Shown in pieces: positions 24,504 to 37,113 of a stretch of 64,000 bases of DNA. The notes beneath the pieces were generated by a model. The model was not told the origin of the DNA. It saw only the letters and a program-made list of their open reading frames with translations, and did no database searches. The stretch's first letter is position 1, and every line of letters begins with the position of its first letter. Source of the stretch: Lingula anatina. Taxonomy: Eukaryota; Animalia; Brachiopoda. Both the position numbers and the translations under genes were made by a program. The stretch covers positions 9,796,001 through 9,860,000 of the forward strand of contig CM120649.1 of assembly GCA_051362555.1 (NCBI GenBank). Direction: 5' to 3'.

Positions 24504-26189
24504 GATGAGCCCGCGGTCGTCCTACAAAATTTGTTTTGGGATATGATTCTCCGAAATGCGATCTGACACACGTGAAAACGGGTAGTGTACGTGGTCCGAT
24601 ATACCGTATAATTCAGGATCCCTTATGCGCCGAGTCTGGTAGTTGGGTAGGCCTGGTATTTTAACTTCTCGATATCACGTCAAATATAACAGTATTTTAT
24701 TCTCTATGCCGTCAGGAGAATCGTGTACCTTAATGCTACATTGTACCTACGTTAACTTTATTATACTCAAGGAATGACCCTTGCCTCGTAATTCTCATGT
24801 CGAAAACTGAAGATGACAATCTTAAGCCATTTTTCTTTCGTGTTTAGCACAAGTATCATCAGAAAAGCTCTTTGAATTATTTCGCTTCCCATCATTCTTA
24901 CATTGTGTCTTGTTCATACATACATGTACATATGTCTACGCTTATGTTGTTTTTCTTTTGCATTTTATTTTCTTTTTCATTACTCACCCTACAGTTTGTA
25001 TTTGGTAGGGTGCATTGGCACCCCAACCTTCTATAATTACATCTTTGTTTTCACTTAATTTTCATTATGTTATTTAATTTGTTAAATTTTGCCGCGTAAT
25101 TATTGAAAAGCATCATTTTGCAACCGAACGCATTTTGCAACCGGTTGCAAAGTGCGTTTGTTGCAAAATGCGGCACTGCTTAATACAAACTGGTTTGAGC
25201 AGGTTAGAAGACCAGACGGCCTCTGAAGAAGCAACTGTATACAGCAAAACATAGTCGTCTGTTTCTCAAATGAATTGGTTACCATGACCGTTTCTGGGTG
25301 GAACACTGGAACCGCGGGGCTCTCTCTTTATTGAGGTCAGATTTTACCTGTACCGCTCAACTAGTCAAAGCAAAGTTTACAGACATCCTGAAGAGGCTTA
25401 CGCCAAAGCGTTTGCCGCGTTTAAAGTGACTAGGTCATTGACAGCGTCAGTATTTGGAGTGGAATATACCACATTGGTGCCAAAACACCAATGGTATTCA
25501 ACGGTGAAAACCTGAACCGCATCATATAAAGGCATAATCTGGTGACCAGTTGATAGGGGGCACATTAGGAAAAATTTTAAACAGAGCACTTTTAATAGCT
25601 GAGCAGCTACCTTGGTCATCAAAATTGTCATATTTGAACCACATAGACAATATATGGGTAGCTCATTACCCGCCGAATCAACGGTCTAAGGCCCACAACA
25701 AAAATGAACCAAATTAGACAATTTTTTGCCGATGCCTCAAATGTTATTCCAGATTACACTCTAAAAACTTTTCCCAATGAATGCCTTGGCGCTTGAGAGC
25801 CCTGGTAGCAGCCAGATGAGGTCAGGGGTAACAGTGACCGTTGCCGAAGCTAGACTCTGACATGAGGGTCCTTTATGGGCCGTGTAACTCATTTACAGAT
25901 GGTAATTTGGAAAATATGAAGATCCAAAATATTGTTTTTAACGGTTGTCGTATGATTTAGAATAGGCAATGCATTTTTGTTTGCTTAACTGGCGAATCCA
26001 TTGAATGAACTGATGCCACAATGACATCAAAGAGATTATTAAAAGTTATTAAAACACGCTTTCAATCCTTATTTTCATTTATCAGTCAGCAAAATGAAAA
26101 AGACTGATAAAAATGATTTCCAAAAAATATTCCATATTAAATGATAGCAGAAATTACAATGTCAAATTAGATTCTGTAAATCTGTAATT

Positions 26190-27650
26190 CACATTGTTAC
26201 TTCCTAGACCATTATAGTTAGGAGCTTCATACGTCTGTGACGAAGCTATTGGCTTGTCTTCTTCATGTTACGCGAGGTAGCAAATACAACTCAGATATTA
26301 TCTTTCTTATTATTTATTGAACTACTGTCCAGTTATTACCCGCGCCGCTTCCTTCATTTCTATTCCTACCTCATGCAATCTCTAGCGGCCTTCTCCCTGT
26401 TTACACTAAGCGCAGTTGTATAAATACCATAAGAGCATGTCAATCAACTTAAGTTACTCTACTAAACACTCCCCGCTCTTATTCGCTGCATGCTGTCACT
26501 AACTAACATTACACGTCGTTAATTAATAAAGCGATCTTTATGGATTTGCAAAGGCTCTTCGGAATTTTATTGTGACTTGAGCTGTGGTCGTCCCTGGGGG
26601 TGGTCGATTCTAATTTTACATTGTATTTTCTGCAATCTACCCATTGTATCAGCCATATGAGTTACGAACAGTATCATTTGGGGTGTGGAGGAAAACTTAA
26701 GAATTTTTTAGACTTCGGGTGTGGTCAGGGGGCGGTTGAATCTAATTTGACATTGTTATTTCTGCTATCTACCCTTAAACCATTAAAGTTACGAAGGTCA
26801 GGCTTTGGGGGTTGAAAACCTTTCTTTGGGGATGTGTATGACTCCTTCTATTTTTATTTGACATTGGGTGTGGCCGGGGTGGTTGATTCTCTTTTAACAA
26901 CGTAATTTCCGCTATCTACCCTTAGTAATGGAGAGTTGGGAACATGAAACCTTGGGGACTGATTTACTTGGGAATGTTTTTGTAATTTGGGGTGTGGTCG
27001 TCCCCGGGAATGGTTGATTCTATATTTTACATCGTTATTCCTTCTATCTACCTGCCATAAGAGTTAGTAACACGAAACCTTCTGGATTGATAAGCTTGCC
27101 ATTGAGGATATGCAAGGGCCTTCCGGTAATGTTACAGGTAGTATGATTTGAGGTGTGGATGTACCTGCGGGTTGGTTGATTCTGTTTTTCACATTGTTAT
27201 TTCTTCTATCTACTCTTAGAGTAAGAACACGAAACGTTTTGAGAAACCAGTCATTTTTATGCATGTGCATGGGTCCATAGAACAGCAGCAGCACATACAG
27301 CACTAAACGAACTCCAGCCATACAGTATGCAAGAATATAGGTCAAGGAATCCAATTTAAAACTCATTCAAGGCCCCAAACACTCGGGAAACCTAGCAACT
27401 GCTGCTGTGTCTTAATACAAAACAAATATGTTTATCTCCCAAAAACAGTAATTGACGTGTGTTTTATGATCAAGAACAACAGGACTTGGACCACAGGATT
27501 CCTAACACTATGGGGTTTTGAATTAACTTCACCTTCATTCAAGGTCTGTTATTAAGTGCTGTCCGGGGCTCTCTCTGCATTTCTCCTTCCTTCCTAACTC
27601 AAAGGCCGCCTTCATATTCACACATAACACTAGCTTGGTCGGTCCAACTC
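26190..27650. repeat. Partial copy of a foldback-like element with ~140-bp tandem units; inverted homolog at about 56305-57420
   Basis: Units TGTGACTTGGGGTGTGGTCGTCCC..GATTCT repeat through 26570-27190; unique core 27240-27650 matches the reverse complement of about 56305-56760. Confidence 0.75.
26236..26513 (-). mobile_element. Solo LTR (278 bp) with 4-bp TSD, Gypsy-like
   Basis: TGT...ACA termini; CGTC at 26232-26235 and 26514-26517; TATA-like motif and AATAAA on the minus strand; the homologous repeat at about 57373 shows the empty site with a single CGTC. Confidence 0.8.
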
Positions 27651-29275
27651 ATGGGACTAAAAGTTTTTTCCATTTACTTATTTAACAGAGTAAAATGTCT
27701 TTTCATTCCTGCGGCATCTAAGCAGTACGGCGTAATGCCGCTATAGAGGTACAGGAAGTACAGAAAATCTATAAACAGCAGTTATAAAAAACTCTCGTAA
27801 ATTGCTAGCGCTTATCACATATTCTAGTTATGATTAAACTACGGTTAATTACAGCAGCTTAGAGCGTGGCATATTTTAATTAACTCGTCGTTTACTGCGT
27901 TTATTTACTGTTTATTTACAGCGTTTATGAAAATTCCTGACGCACCTGTTGAAATTTCTGGTGATATTTTCTTCGTCGAGTTAACGATTATGAGGTCGAG
28001 TGAAGTTCGTTATAACCCTGCATTACAAAAAGTTTCTAGGATAGGAACCTTAAGTCTACCTGCGGTTGAGATTTATCTTACAACAACTTAAAAAACGCGA
28101 AAAAGCATAAATTTAATTAACGTACCTGAAATCTCAGGAGATGGCATCAAGTTACACTACCCTCCAAGCCACCAGACATCAATGTTCTTATTTTTGTCCT
28201 TTCAGTTTTTAGCACTGGTTAACGATTTAGATGAAACCTCTCAGTAATCTCCACCTCACGCTCAGTATAGAGAAAGGCACAGTATTTCACTCACCCATAG
28301 AACAATTATGACTCTTTCATGTAAAATCCCAGTTATCGCACCGGTTACTGGATACACTCTCTTTCCGTGGTAATAATTAAGGCACACTCCTGGCCTAGAA
28401 TGTAATTAAAACCAGTGTCGATCCCACACGTTGAGAGGTAAGTGAGCTGCGGGAGACCTGAAACATTGAAGTGGGTCAATATATGTATGCATTATTCAAT
28501 ACTACATGTACACTGTGCATGTATGCAACTAAGTATCGCAATAATAGTCAAATTCAGAGTTTAAATTGGCATATCATTCTAGTGTTTACATTTTGGTGCA
28601 AGATAGCTTTCAAATACGATAATAGAACTAAACTGAATTCAATTCTTCATGTATTTGTCCTCTTTTAGTTGGACCCTTTGAGATCAAGACGAGTTTCTCT
28701 AGGCCTAGTGTGCACTCTCCCGCCATCTCTTAAACCTCTCTTCATATCCCATAGACATTTTGTTTAGGTTGGGAGGCCATGTGTGCTGGCGTCGGCGCAG
28801 GTCAGGGTTTCAGTGTTTTCATTATTATGATAGAAAAATAAACCCTCTTTCACGGGAACATACAACACGTACTTACCAGTGGATAGAATGCCAGCGCCTC
28901 TGAACTATGCATTATATTACATTTAAATTTAGTATTGATACAAACAAAAAATCAGACAAAAATTCAATTTCGTTTCTCCGTCACTTGAAACCTTGCGCTC
29001 CACTCTTTTTGACTTACGAATGAAGTACGTCTTATCGGTAATTACTTACGAATCACGTATCACGTGATCCGTAGGTCTATTTTTCATTTCATGAATTTTT
29101 GGCAAAGGGTGTCAGTAGAGGTTACGGGAATGTAGGCAGGCTGCCTTGTTGAATGTTGTGTAGGAGTATGCATAGGCAAAGTGAAAGAGGTTGGAGAAGG
29201 GCCGCCAATTTCTTTACGCTTGAAGCGGTAAATTGGATTTTACGGGCTTCAGAACATACAGGAGTTAATGACTTA

Positions 29276-30153
29276 AGCCTCGGTCACAACCGGCCGCACG
29301 GGCTCTTACGGCCTGTTTGCGTCCAAATTTTGCGCAGAATCTCACGTGCCACGCAAGTCCTTTTTGCGAAATTTCGTAGTTCGTAGACAGCCCGTAAAGC
29401 CTAGGTCCCAACTACGTTTTGGAGGCACGGTTTTTAGGTTCCTTGCGTCCGGCTAGGACGTAGCTAGATCGCACGTAGCGGCTGTTGACCATGTCGAAAA
29501 GTTTCTACGTGCTGTTTGCGTCCTCCAAAAGTCGCACGATGGACGTGCTCCTCACGCACGAACTCCCACGTTTCCCCCATTTTTTTGGCCGTAGACCACA
29601 CGTAACAGCTCTACAACAGCCCGTACGTTCGGTTGGGACCTAGGCTTAAGCACGTACGGAGGATATTGGAATTGCCCAAAAGATTCTGCGAAAAATCCTC
29701 GAACAGCGAGGCCGCAAGCGTAACTTGCTCTCCTCGCAAGGAGATGCCAAGTGAGACGTGCGTGCTCCAAGATGCACGTCGCAAGCAATGAAGGAACAAG
29801 TGCCTTTTGCGTGTTGAGTACGGTGTATGGCCTCACAGCTAAAGGCCCGGTCACACCTACAGAACGCACGAGGTACGCATGCATTGCGCATGAAAATAAG
29901 CCAAATGCGCTGTTGTGCGTCCAACTTTTGACAGAATTTGTCAGAAAAATTGCGAGTTAATAGCGAATACATAGCGTTTTGTTGGCGTATTTTGCGTATA
30001 AAGGGCGCATGAAGATCGAATATAGGACGCACCCGTAAAAAAATCCAACGAATGCACAACGGGTTTTTGGTGCAAGGAACGTATGACCCGCGCATTCAGC
30101 ACGCATAAAAAGGACAGATAGCGTTCCTCAGTCAGCAGCAATCACGTGCCTCG

Positions 30154-30155
<2 letters not shown>
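29276..30155. mobile_element. Cluster of nested or truncated Harbinger-type MITE ends
   Basis: TTA-AGCCTCGGTCACAACC at 29276 and TAA-AGGCCCGGTCACACC at 29843; matching right ends not found; region ends at a (TA)n tract. Confidence 0.55.
29398..29646. mobile_element. 249-bp Harbinger-type MITE nested in a related element
   Basis: Perfect TIR AGCCTAGGTCCCAAC / GTTGGGACCTAGGCT; TAA TSD at 29395-29397 and 29647-29649. Confidence 0.85.

Positions 30156-30211
<56 letters not shown>
30156..30211. repeat. (TA)n microsatellite
   Basis: Uninterrupted TA dinucleotide run. Confidence 0.95.
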
Positions 30212-30216
<5 letters not shown>

Positions 30217-30925
30217 TGCAGATTATGTAAAAAGCAACCAGTGAAGTTTGTTTTCTTGGATACACATTTATCGTTTTATTCATTAGGAAGGTGATATTAA
30301 ACAGCAAAATAATAAAGAGAAGCATTAACATGATATAATCTGTCAATGTAATTGTTTTCCAATTATAACCGAACATTGTTTTTAGATAATTTATGTAAAA
30401 ATCGAGCTATACAAAATACTAAAATTGAGACCATCTAAGAGAACAAAATTTAACCCTGATTGTAACTATAATTACAGTAACATCACATGTGCATAATGTA
30501 TTTTGTACCACTGTGTATCATTTAATGTCTTGTTTAGTCTATGCTTATATGGTCATTTCAAAGGAAAGAAAGATGTGGTCTAAATCATCCTGTCTTGCCA
30601 TGGAATAGATCCGGCTTCAGAGTTGACCCAGTGTTTGATGAGTAGTTCATGTGGCACGTGCGCCACCCCCATGCCTGGAGTATAAAAGGCGTGCTCAGAG
30701 AGCAGAAAAGAAGGGAGAAGAAAGAAGCGGAGAACAAGGAGGCAAAACTGACGTACGCCGTCAGTACGTCATTACAAGTGTGACGCAAAAGGGAACTACT
30801 TTCTTCGCGCGTTGCATTCTCTTCATAAGTGGTGAGTGCGTGCCACGTACGCAGGTAGCAAGACAAACCCAAGAAATAAATACAATTTCCACAGCTACCG
30901 CACCTTGCAATTAGCGTCCCTGCTT

Positions 30926-33848
30926 GAAAGGACATCTTACTAAATCTATGTAAATCAAATAATCTTTTTGTGCTAAATGGTAGACTAGAGAAAGGCAAGT
31001 TTACCACAATTAGGTCAAGTGTTGTAGATTATTGCATAGGAACACCAGAATTTATAAGGGGTGTAGTTGACTTTGAAATATTAGATTTTTCTAAACTTTT
31101 CTCTGATATACATTTTACATTGTCTTGTTCACTCAAAAGCGGTCAGCACAAACAACAAACAGATAAAGTTAAGAAAACAACAGACCTTTTTATTGAAAAA
31201 ATCAAAGCATGGGACAACACCAGATCAACCCTATTTTGTGATAATGTTGATAAACAAGAAAGTGACAAAATTTTGCAATACATTGGTAATCTTAACATAA
31301 ATGATGTCTGTAAGGAGAAAATAGACTTTATCACAGAAAAAATTGCTGAAATTTTGCTTAACTCAGCTAAATTAGCGCTAGGGACATACAAGTATAGAAT
31401 TAGTAACAAAAATGAAATTCTTAAGAAAAGGAAAAATAATGTATGGTTTGACAAAAAATGTTTAGAAACTAAAAAACAATATTGAAGAGCAAAAAGGTTA
31501 TACAATAAGTACGGGTCAAATATTTTCAAAAGTGAACTTAGAAAAGCAGAAAAGTGCTACAAGACCACACTAGATAATAGAATAAAAAAGCATAGAATAA
31601 CTATTATGAACAAAATAAGGAAACTCAGGTATGCAAGTCCAAAGGAATATTGGAAAATATTAAACAAAAAATCTGAACAAAGACTGGAAATAAAAAACCT
31701 AGACGAGTTTTACAATTATTTCAAGGAAGTAAACAGTAGTGTAGATGGAAATAACCCACCGAATTATAACCATAACCAGATAAATAATGAAATGCTTAAT
31801 GAACCAATTACTGAAACTGAAATCCAAAACACAATAAAAAAACTAAAGAAAAATAAAAGTGCTGGTGCTGACAAGATATTGAATGAGTATATTATCTCTT
31901 CTGCCAGCACTATGATGCCAATCTATAAAAATTATTTAATTTGGTATTAGACACTGATATTTTACCAGAAGCATGGTTAATAGGCACTATAATCCCAATC
32001 TATAAGCAAAAGGGAAACATAAATGACCCAAAGAACTATAGGCCAATTACTTTACTCAGTTGTCTGGGTAAAGTATTCACTTCTATATTATGTAAAAGAC
32101 TAACTGATTACTCTGACAACGTTATGCTGTTACAGGAAAACCAAGCTGGCGTCCGAGCCAACTATTCTACCATTGATCACATATTTACATTAAATACACT
32201 TATAGACCTTTCAGTTGCATCAAAAAAGAAATTATATTGTGCTTTCATAGATCTAAAAGCAGCTTTTGATAAAATATGGAGGGCAGGGTTATGGGGGAAG
32301 CTAATGAACCACAATGTAAATGGAAAATGTCTGAACGTTATTGTAAACATGTATAATGGCTGTAAATCTAGAATATCTTTAAATGGTATATTATCGGAAT
32401 ATTTCCCATGCAAAACAGGAGTACGACAGGGCGAAAACCTATCACCCTTCTTATTCTCAGTATTTCTAAATGATCTTGAAGAATTTCTAATGCAAAAAGA
32501 TGTCACAAGCTTATCACATGTAACAGATGAACTAGAACATGAACTACACATATTAATGCAAATAATGATCATACTATATGCAGATGATACGGTTCTCCTA
32601 GCAGATTCAAAAGAAAACCTACAATATCAACTTAATTGCTATTCCACCTACTGTCAGATATGGAAGTTAGAAGTAAATGTAGAAAAGACAAAAATCATGA
32701 TAGTTTCTAAGGGCCGCACCCAAAAGAATATAAAATTTACTTTTAATAACCAAAATGTAGAAATAGTTAATTGTTTCAAGTACTTAGGAGTTTATTTCTC
32801 TAAAACGGGATCATTTTCAGAAACAAAAAGGTATTCAGTAAAGAAAGCAACTAAAGCTATGTATGGGATATTTAAGAAAGCAAGGCATCTAAATCTAAGC
32901 ATTGTTGATCAGCTATATCTCTTTGATAAGATTATTGTTCCGATTTTATTATATGGATGTGAAGTATGGGGATTTGGTAATTTAGAAATCATAGAACAGG
33001 TGCACTTGAAATTTTGTAGATATCTATTAAATCTAAAAACCAGCACTCTCAAGATAATGATATATGGGGAATTAGGTAGAATGCCATTAAGTATTATTAT
33101 AAAAGGAAGAATTGTATCATTCTGGACAAACTTGCTCACAGGTAAACAAAGTAAATTTTCATATATATTGTATAAACTCGTTTATAACAAATTTATGCAG
33201 GGATGTGAATGTAAGTGGATGGGAAATCTGAAATCCATTCTGGATAACTGTGGTTTAAGTAATATATTTAGCACACAGGATGTCTGTAACAAGGAATGGC
33301 TTATAAATTGTGTTAAACAGAAATTGCAGGATCAGTATATACAAGAATGGAATTCAGATTGTAACAACTCTAGTAAAGGGTTAAGCTATAGTATTTTCAC
33401 AAACTCAGAGTTTAAATGCAGGAATTATATACTTTCTACTTTATGTACACACAAAATAATTACAATAGCTAGATTCAGAACAACAAATCATAGATTACCA
33501 ATTGAAACGGGCAGATGGAAAAAAAAACTAGAAATTTGAGATTATGCAACTTATGTAAAAATGAAATAGGGGATGAATTTCATTATGTCTTTAGATGTAC
33601 CTTTTTTGCAGAAAGTCGAAACTTATACATGTATATTCCAAAAAAAGCATGTATTAGACCGAATGTAATTAAAATGTATGAAATATTTTCAACGAAAAAT
33701 AAGAAAAAACTGAATAATTTGTACAAATTCATTAGTATTGTGAATAAGGGGGTCAAGCCTTCAGGTTGATGTATATATATATATATGCTCTCTAAACTGT
33801 AAATGTACAGTAAATGAGAATAAACTATTTCAGAATTTCAGAATTTCA
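30926..33848 (+). mobile_element. 5'-truncated non-LTR retrotransposon, RTE-X-like, ORF2 disrupted
   Basis: APE tail (SVVDYCI, FSDIH), RT motifs NYRPITLLS, FIDLKAAFD, GVRQGENLSPFLF, LYADDT, FKYLGV; C-terminal RFRTTNHRLPIETGRW and CNLC..GDEFHYVFRC; AATAAA at 33819 then an (ATTTCAGA)n tail; stop at 31483-31485 and frameshifts near 31940 and 33520. Confidence 0.9.
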
Positions 33849-34841
33849 TCTCACGTGGCCCCTGCGACTCGCAAGGCAGACTTGCCCCTTTCCAGAGCAA
33901 ACTTTCAACTACCTCTACGAATTCCACGAATTCTACTGCATCCTAAATTCGCAGGGGACGCACGATTCTAAAATCCGCGCGTCCGGTTGTGATGGAGGCT
34001 TTAAGCTGTTGTAGGTAGAGGTAAGTGTTTAATATGTTATTTCATATTTATCTTGGACAATAGAGCGTTTAATTTGCAGTTATAGAGTGTTAAAGTGGAG
34101 CTATAAATCTAGTGCGTACATACTTATAAAACGTGTATACTGGATGAGGTACTTGTTACTGATCACAGTATTATTTAGATTTGTTTAGACTTTATGTGAA
34201 CCTGTTATCAAATTGCAGAAACCCTGTACCCCAAAGCCTGGGAAAATTGTGATCGTAATGGTGTTAAATCAGACTTACATGCAAACTTAAATCTTCATGA
34301 GTACATAAGTATGAAAAACTTTAGGGTGTATTTTGTGGGCTTATTTGACTAAATATCTTGGTAATAAATACATTACATGTATGACTACACATATTAATTT
34401 ACAAAGTTTATTGAGAGGTCTGAATGGAAAGAAATGGTTTTGTTGGACAGGTTGCTTTCAAAATCAGATAGATTAAATTTATGACTACTTGTTTAAAGGA
34501 TAGTGCTCATAAAAGTTAGTGTTTAGCGCTGTACGAGTATAAATGGAACGAAAAATTCTTCCTGCAATGAAATTCTTGAAGTGATGCATATTTATACTCT
34601 CGGCAATATTATGCTGTAATTACTGCATGTTGTGTCCTGTGCAAATCGGGCAAGGTACTGCTTTTGCTTTATTTTTCTAAATAATAAATCACCTGTGTTA
34701 TTTGATAAATACCTATGTCATAGACAAGCGCTGGTATGTATTGATTTAAGTGACCGATGGACGTAGACCGGTTCTCCTCATCTTTACCACTCATTGAGAT
34801 CGGCCTTAATATCGGAGTGGAGTGTGGTAGTGGTGACTTAA

Positions 34842-36979
34842 GGCCGGTGATAGGGTAAAATACGCTTAAAATCATGTTTTTGAGTTTTTTGTGTGTTTAT
34901 ATTAATCAAAAAAGTATCTAACGTTGGATGTAATAATTTTTATGAATTTGCATCGCAAAATGTGTCTTTTGATGAGTTTTTCAACCGGCACGCGCCCCAG
35001 TCAGGCTGACAACTAAGCCACGCCTCTGTTACTAAGGGCCGTTGCCATGAGGGGGTCGGAGCACAGTTAATGAGTTATAAGCCGATTACGTGTGCGGTAA
35101 TAGGTCATAAGTCTTACATCAGCTTAGCAGCGAAGAAGTCTAGCTAGTACACTATGGGGAAGAGAAAAGTTCGTGTTAAAAGTCCATTTCCAGAGGAAAG
35201 AAAGAAAATTTTGAAAGAGAGAAGGGCCTATGCGTGGCGGTTGGGGAAAACCGGCCCTATTTGTTCAGTCGGATAACTGATTTCTGTATACCTAATAAAT
35301 GGGTGAAAGAGTTAATCGAATCGCCTAAATTAATTGACAAATGAAAGAAAAAGCGATAAATAAATAAAAAAAAAACGCTAAAAAGGATACTTTTAGCCTA
35401 GCTCTTAATTTTTGCGATATATATCGGCGAGCGTATCTGCGACACGTTACGAAACCGGAAATGATTGTTGGTCGCCGTTTGCAAAAGGTAAATCTAATGT
35501 TGACAAAATAAAATTTTATTCTCCAAGATATGATATCATTGAGCTTGAGAGACACGCGAAAAATTGTGATGTGAATTGCCAAACGAGAGAAATCCATGCA
35601 AGGGTTGACAGCATGATTAAAACAATAAAAATAAAAACGCATGTTGGCGGCTTTGCATTTTGCGATGTTTGGAGAAAAACAATTTCAAAATCACTGATCA
35701 AGCGGGAAGAAAGAGTTCAAAATGTATCCAAAAATGAAAATCACAAAAAGACCCCGAAAATAGTCAAGACTAGCAGGTAAAAAGCAAATAGGGTCTAAGT
35801 GTCATGTGTGTAAAAATAAAATATTTATTCAAAAGCCTTCTCTCAGTCACTTTTACCGCTGAATCTTGTGCAGCTGAGCGTCTCCCCTTTATCTTAGCTG
35901 GCATTTTGAGAGAGACCGCTCTGAAGTTATAACTGGATTTTTCCGTTGATCTGACGATTACCAAGTGCCGTGCAAAATAATCCTGCAGCGTTACCCGTCA
36001 AAAAACTCTTATTAACACAAGTGACGGCCACTTGCTCTCGACAGACAGTTTTATCTGATCACTTTGCCGATAACAGAAAAGGAATCTCTCAGGTAAAATT
36101 ACTCGTTTGCCGAGGAAAAGCCATTGAAACGTTCAAATGCAACTTCACACCTCTTAATTGCGGTTAAATGTAATCGCCTTTGTTAGCGCTTCCTTCTACA
36201 TATCCTTGACACCCTACGGGGCATCACTAGGCTAGGTCCTTCTCCAGAGCTGTCAATCAAAATGGCGGCACGCTTACATGCCTAACGAGTGGTCGGAAAA
36301 TGTAACAAAAGCACGATTTTCTGCCCCTTCAAAGCACCAAAACAAAATATTTTTAGATGACAATAAGCAATGGTTCCATCTGATCGTATAACCGATAACA
36401 GGTAAATTTGCCAGCTAAGCATTTGACTAATAAGCCTTGTTAACAAACCTGTGAACGTTTTTGGCTGTTTTAACAGCTTTCTATATTGACGAGATAAGTG
36501 AATCGCTGCCAAGTATATCTCACTATCTGAGCAACCGATCGTTACAAAAGTTGCACCTATTGTTGTTAGGAATGTGGACTACAGCATGATATCAGGGGTT
36601 TAAGAGGAAATTGTTTGTTTGAAAGTTATCGCCTTTTGAAGTGAATAACCCATTGAAATATGGGCTGATTTAACGTAAAAGATGATAAAATCAAAAGTAA
36701 ACAGTTTAAGACAATTCCCTGGTATCCCGCTGTAGTGCTTTCACCCAGCTTTATGAGGCCTTTTGAATCACTTGAATAGCTGTCTTGGTTATAGAGAAAA
36801 TCCCAATACCGAAAACGGCATTTTTCCCCTCAAATTGGCGCCAGAGTGTCATCCGTTGGACACTGTACTTAATCCCCGTCTTAAATTGGCCTTTTGGGAA
36901 GTTTGTTTTAATTTTTTATAAAAACTTATAAGCCCAGGGCTTTGTTTCTATGACTTTGGTCCTTTTACTATCAGTCACC
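34842..36979. mobile_element. Putative Kolobok-like non-autonomous element
   Basis: TTAA at 34838-34841 and 36980-36983; imperfect ends GGCCGGTGATAGGGTAAAA / TTTTACTATCAGTCACC; degraded THAP-like peptide CWSPFAKGKSNVDKIKFYS in ORF 35412..35780. Confidence 0.45.
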
Positions 36980-37077
36980 TTAACATTGGAAGGGTAGCTT
37001 TATCATGTTTGTCTCAGGTAATAAAAATGATCACCTTTCCTGAGAAAAGTTACCAGAATATAGATAAATGATGTTAA

Positions 37078-37113
<36 letters not shown>

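Noticed and set aside
28120-28880. Candidate 5' UTR exon donors for amine oxidase paralog 1 (near 28124 and 28876)
   Set aside because: Several plausible donors and no way to choose among them without transcript data.
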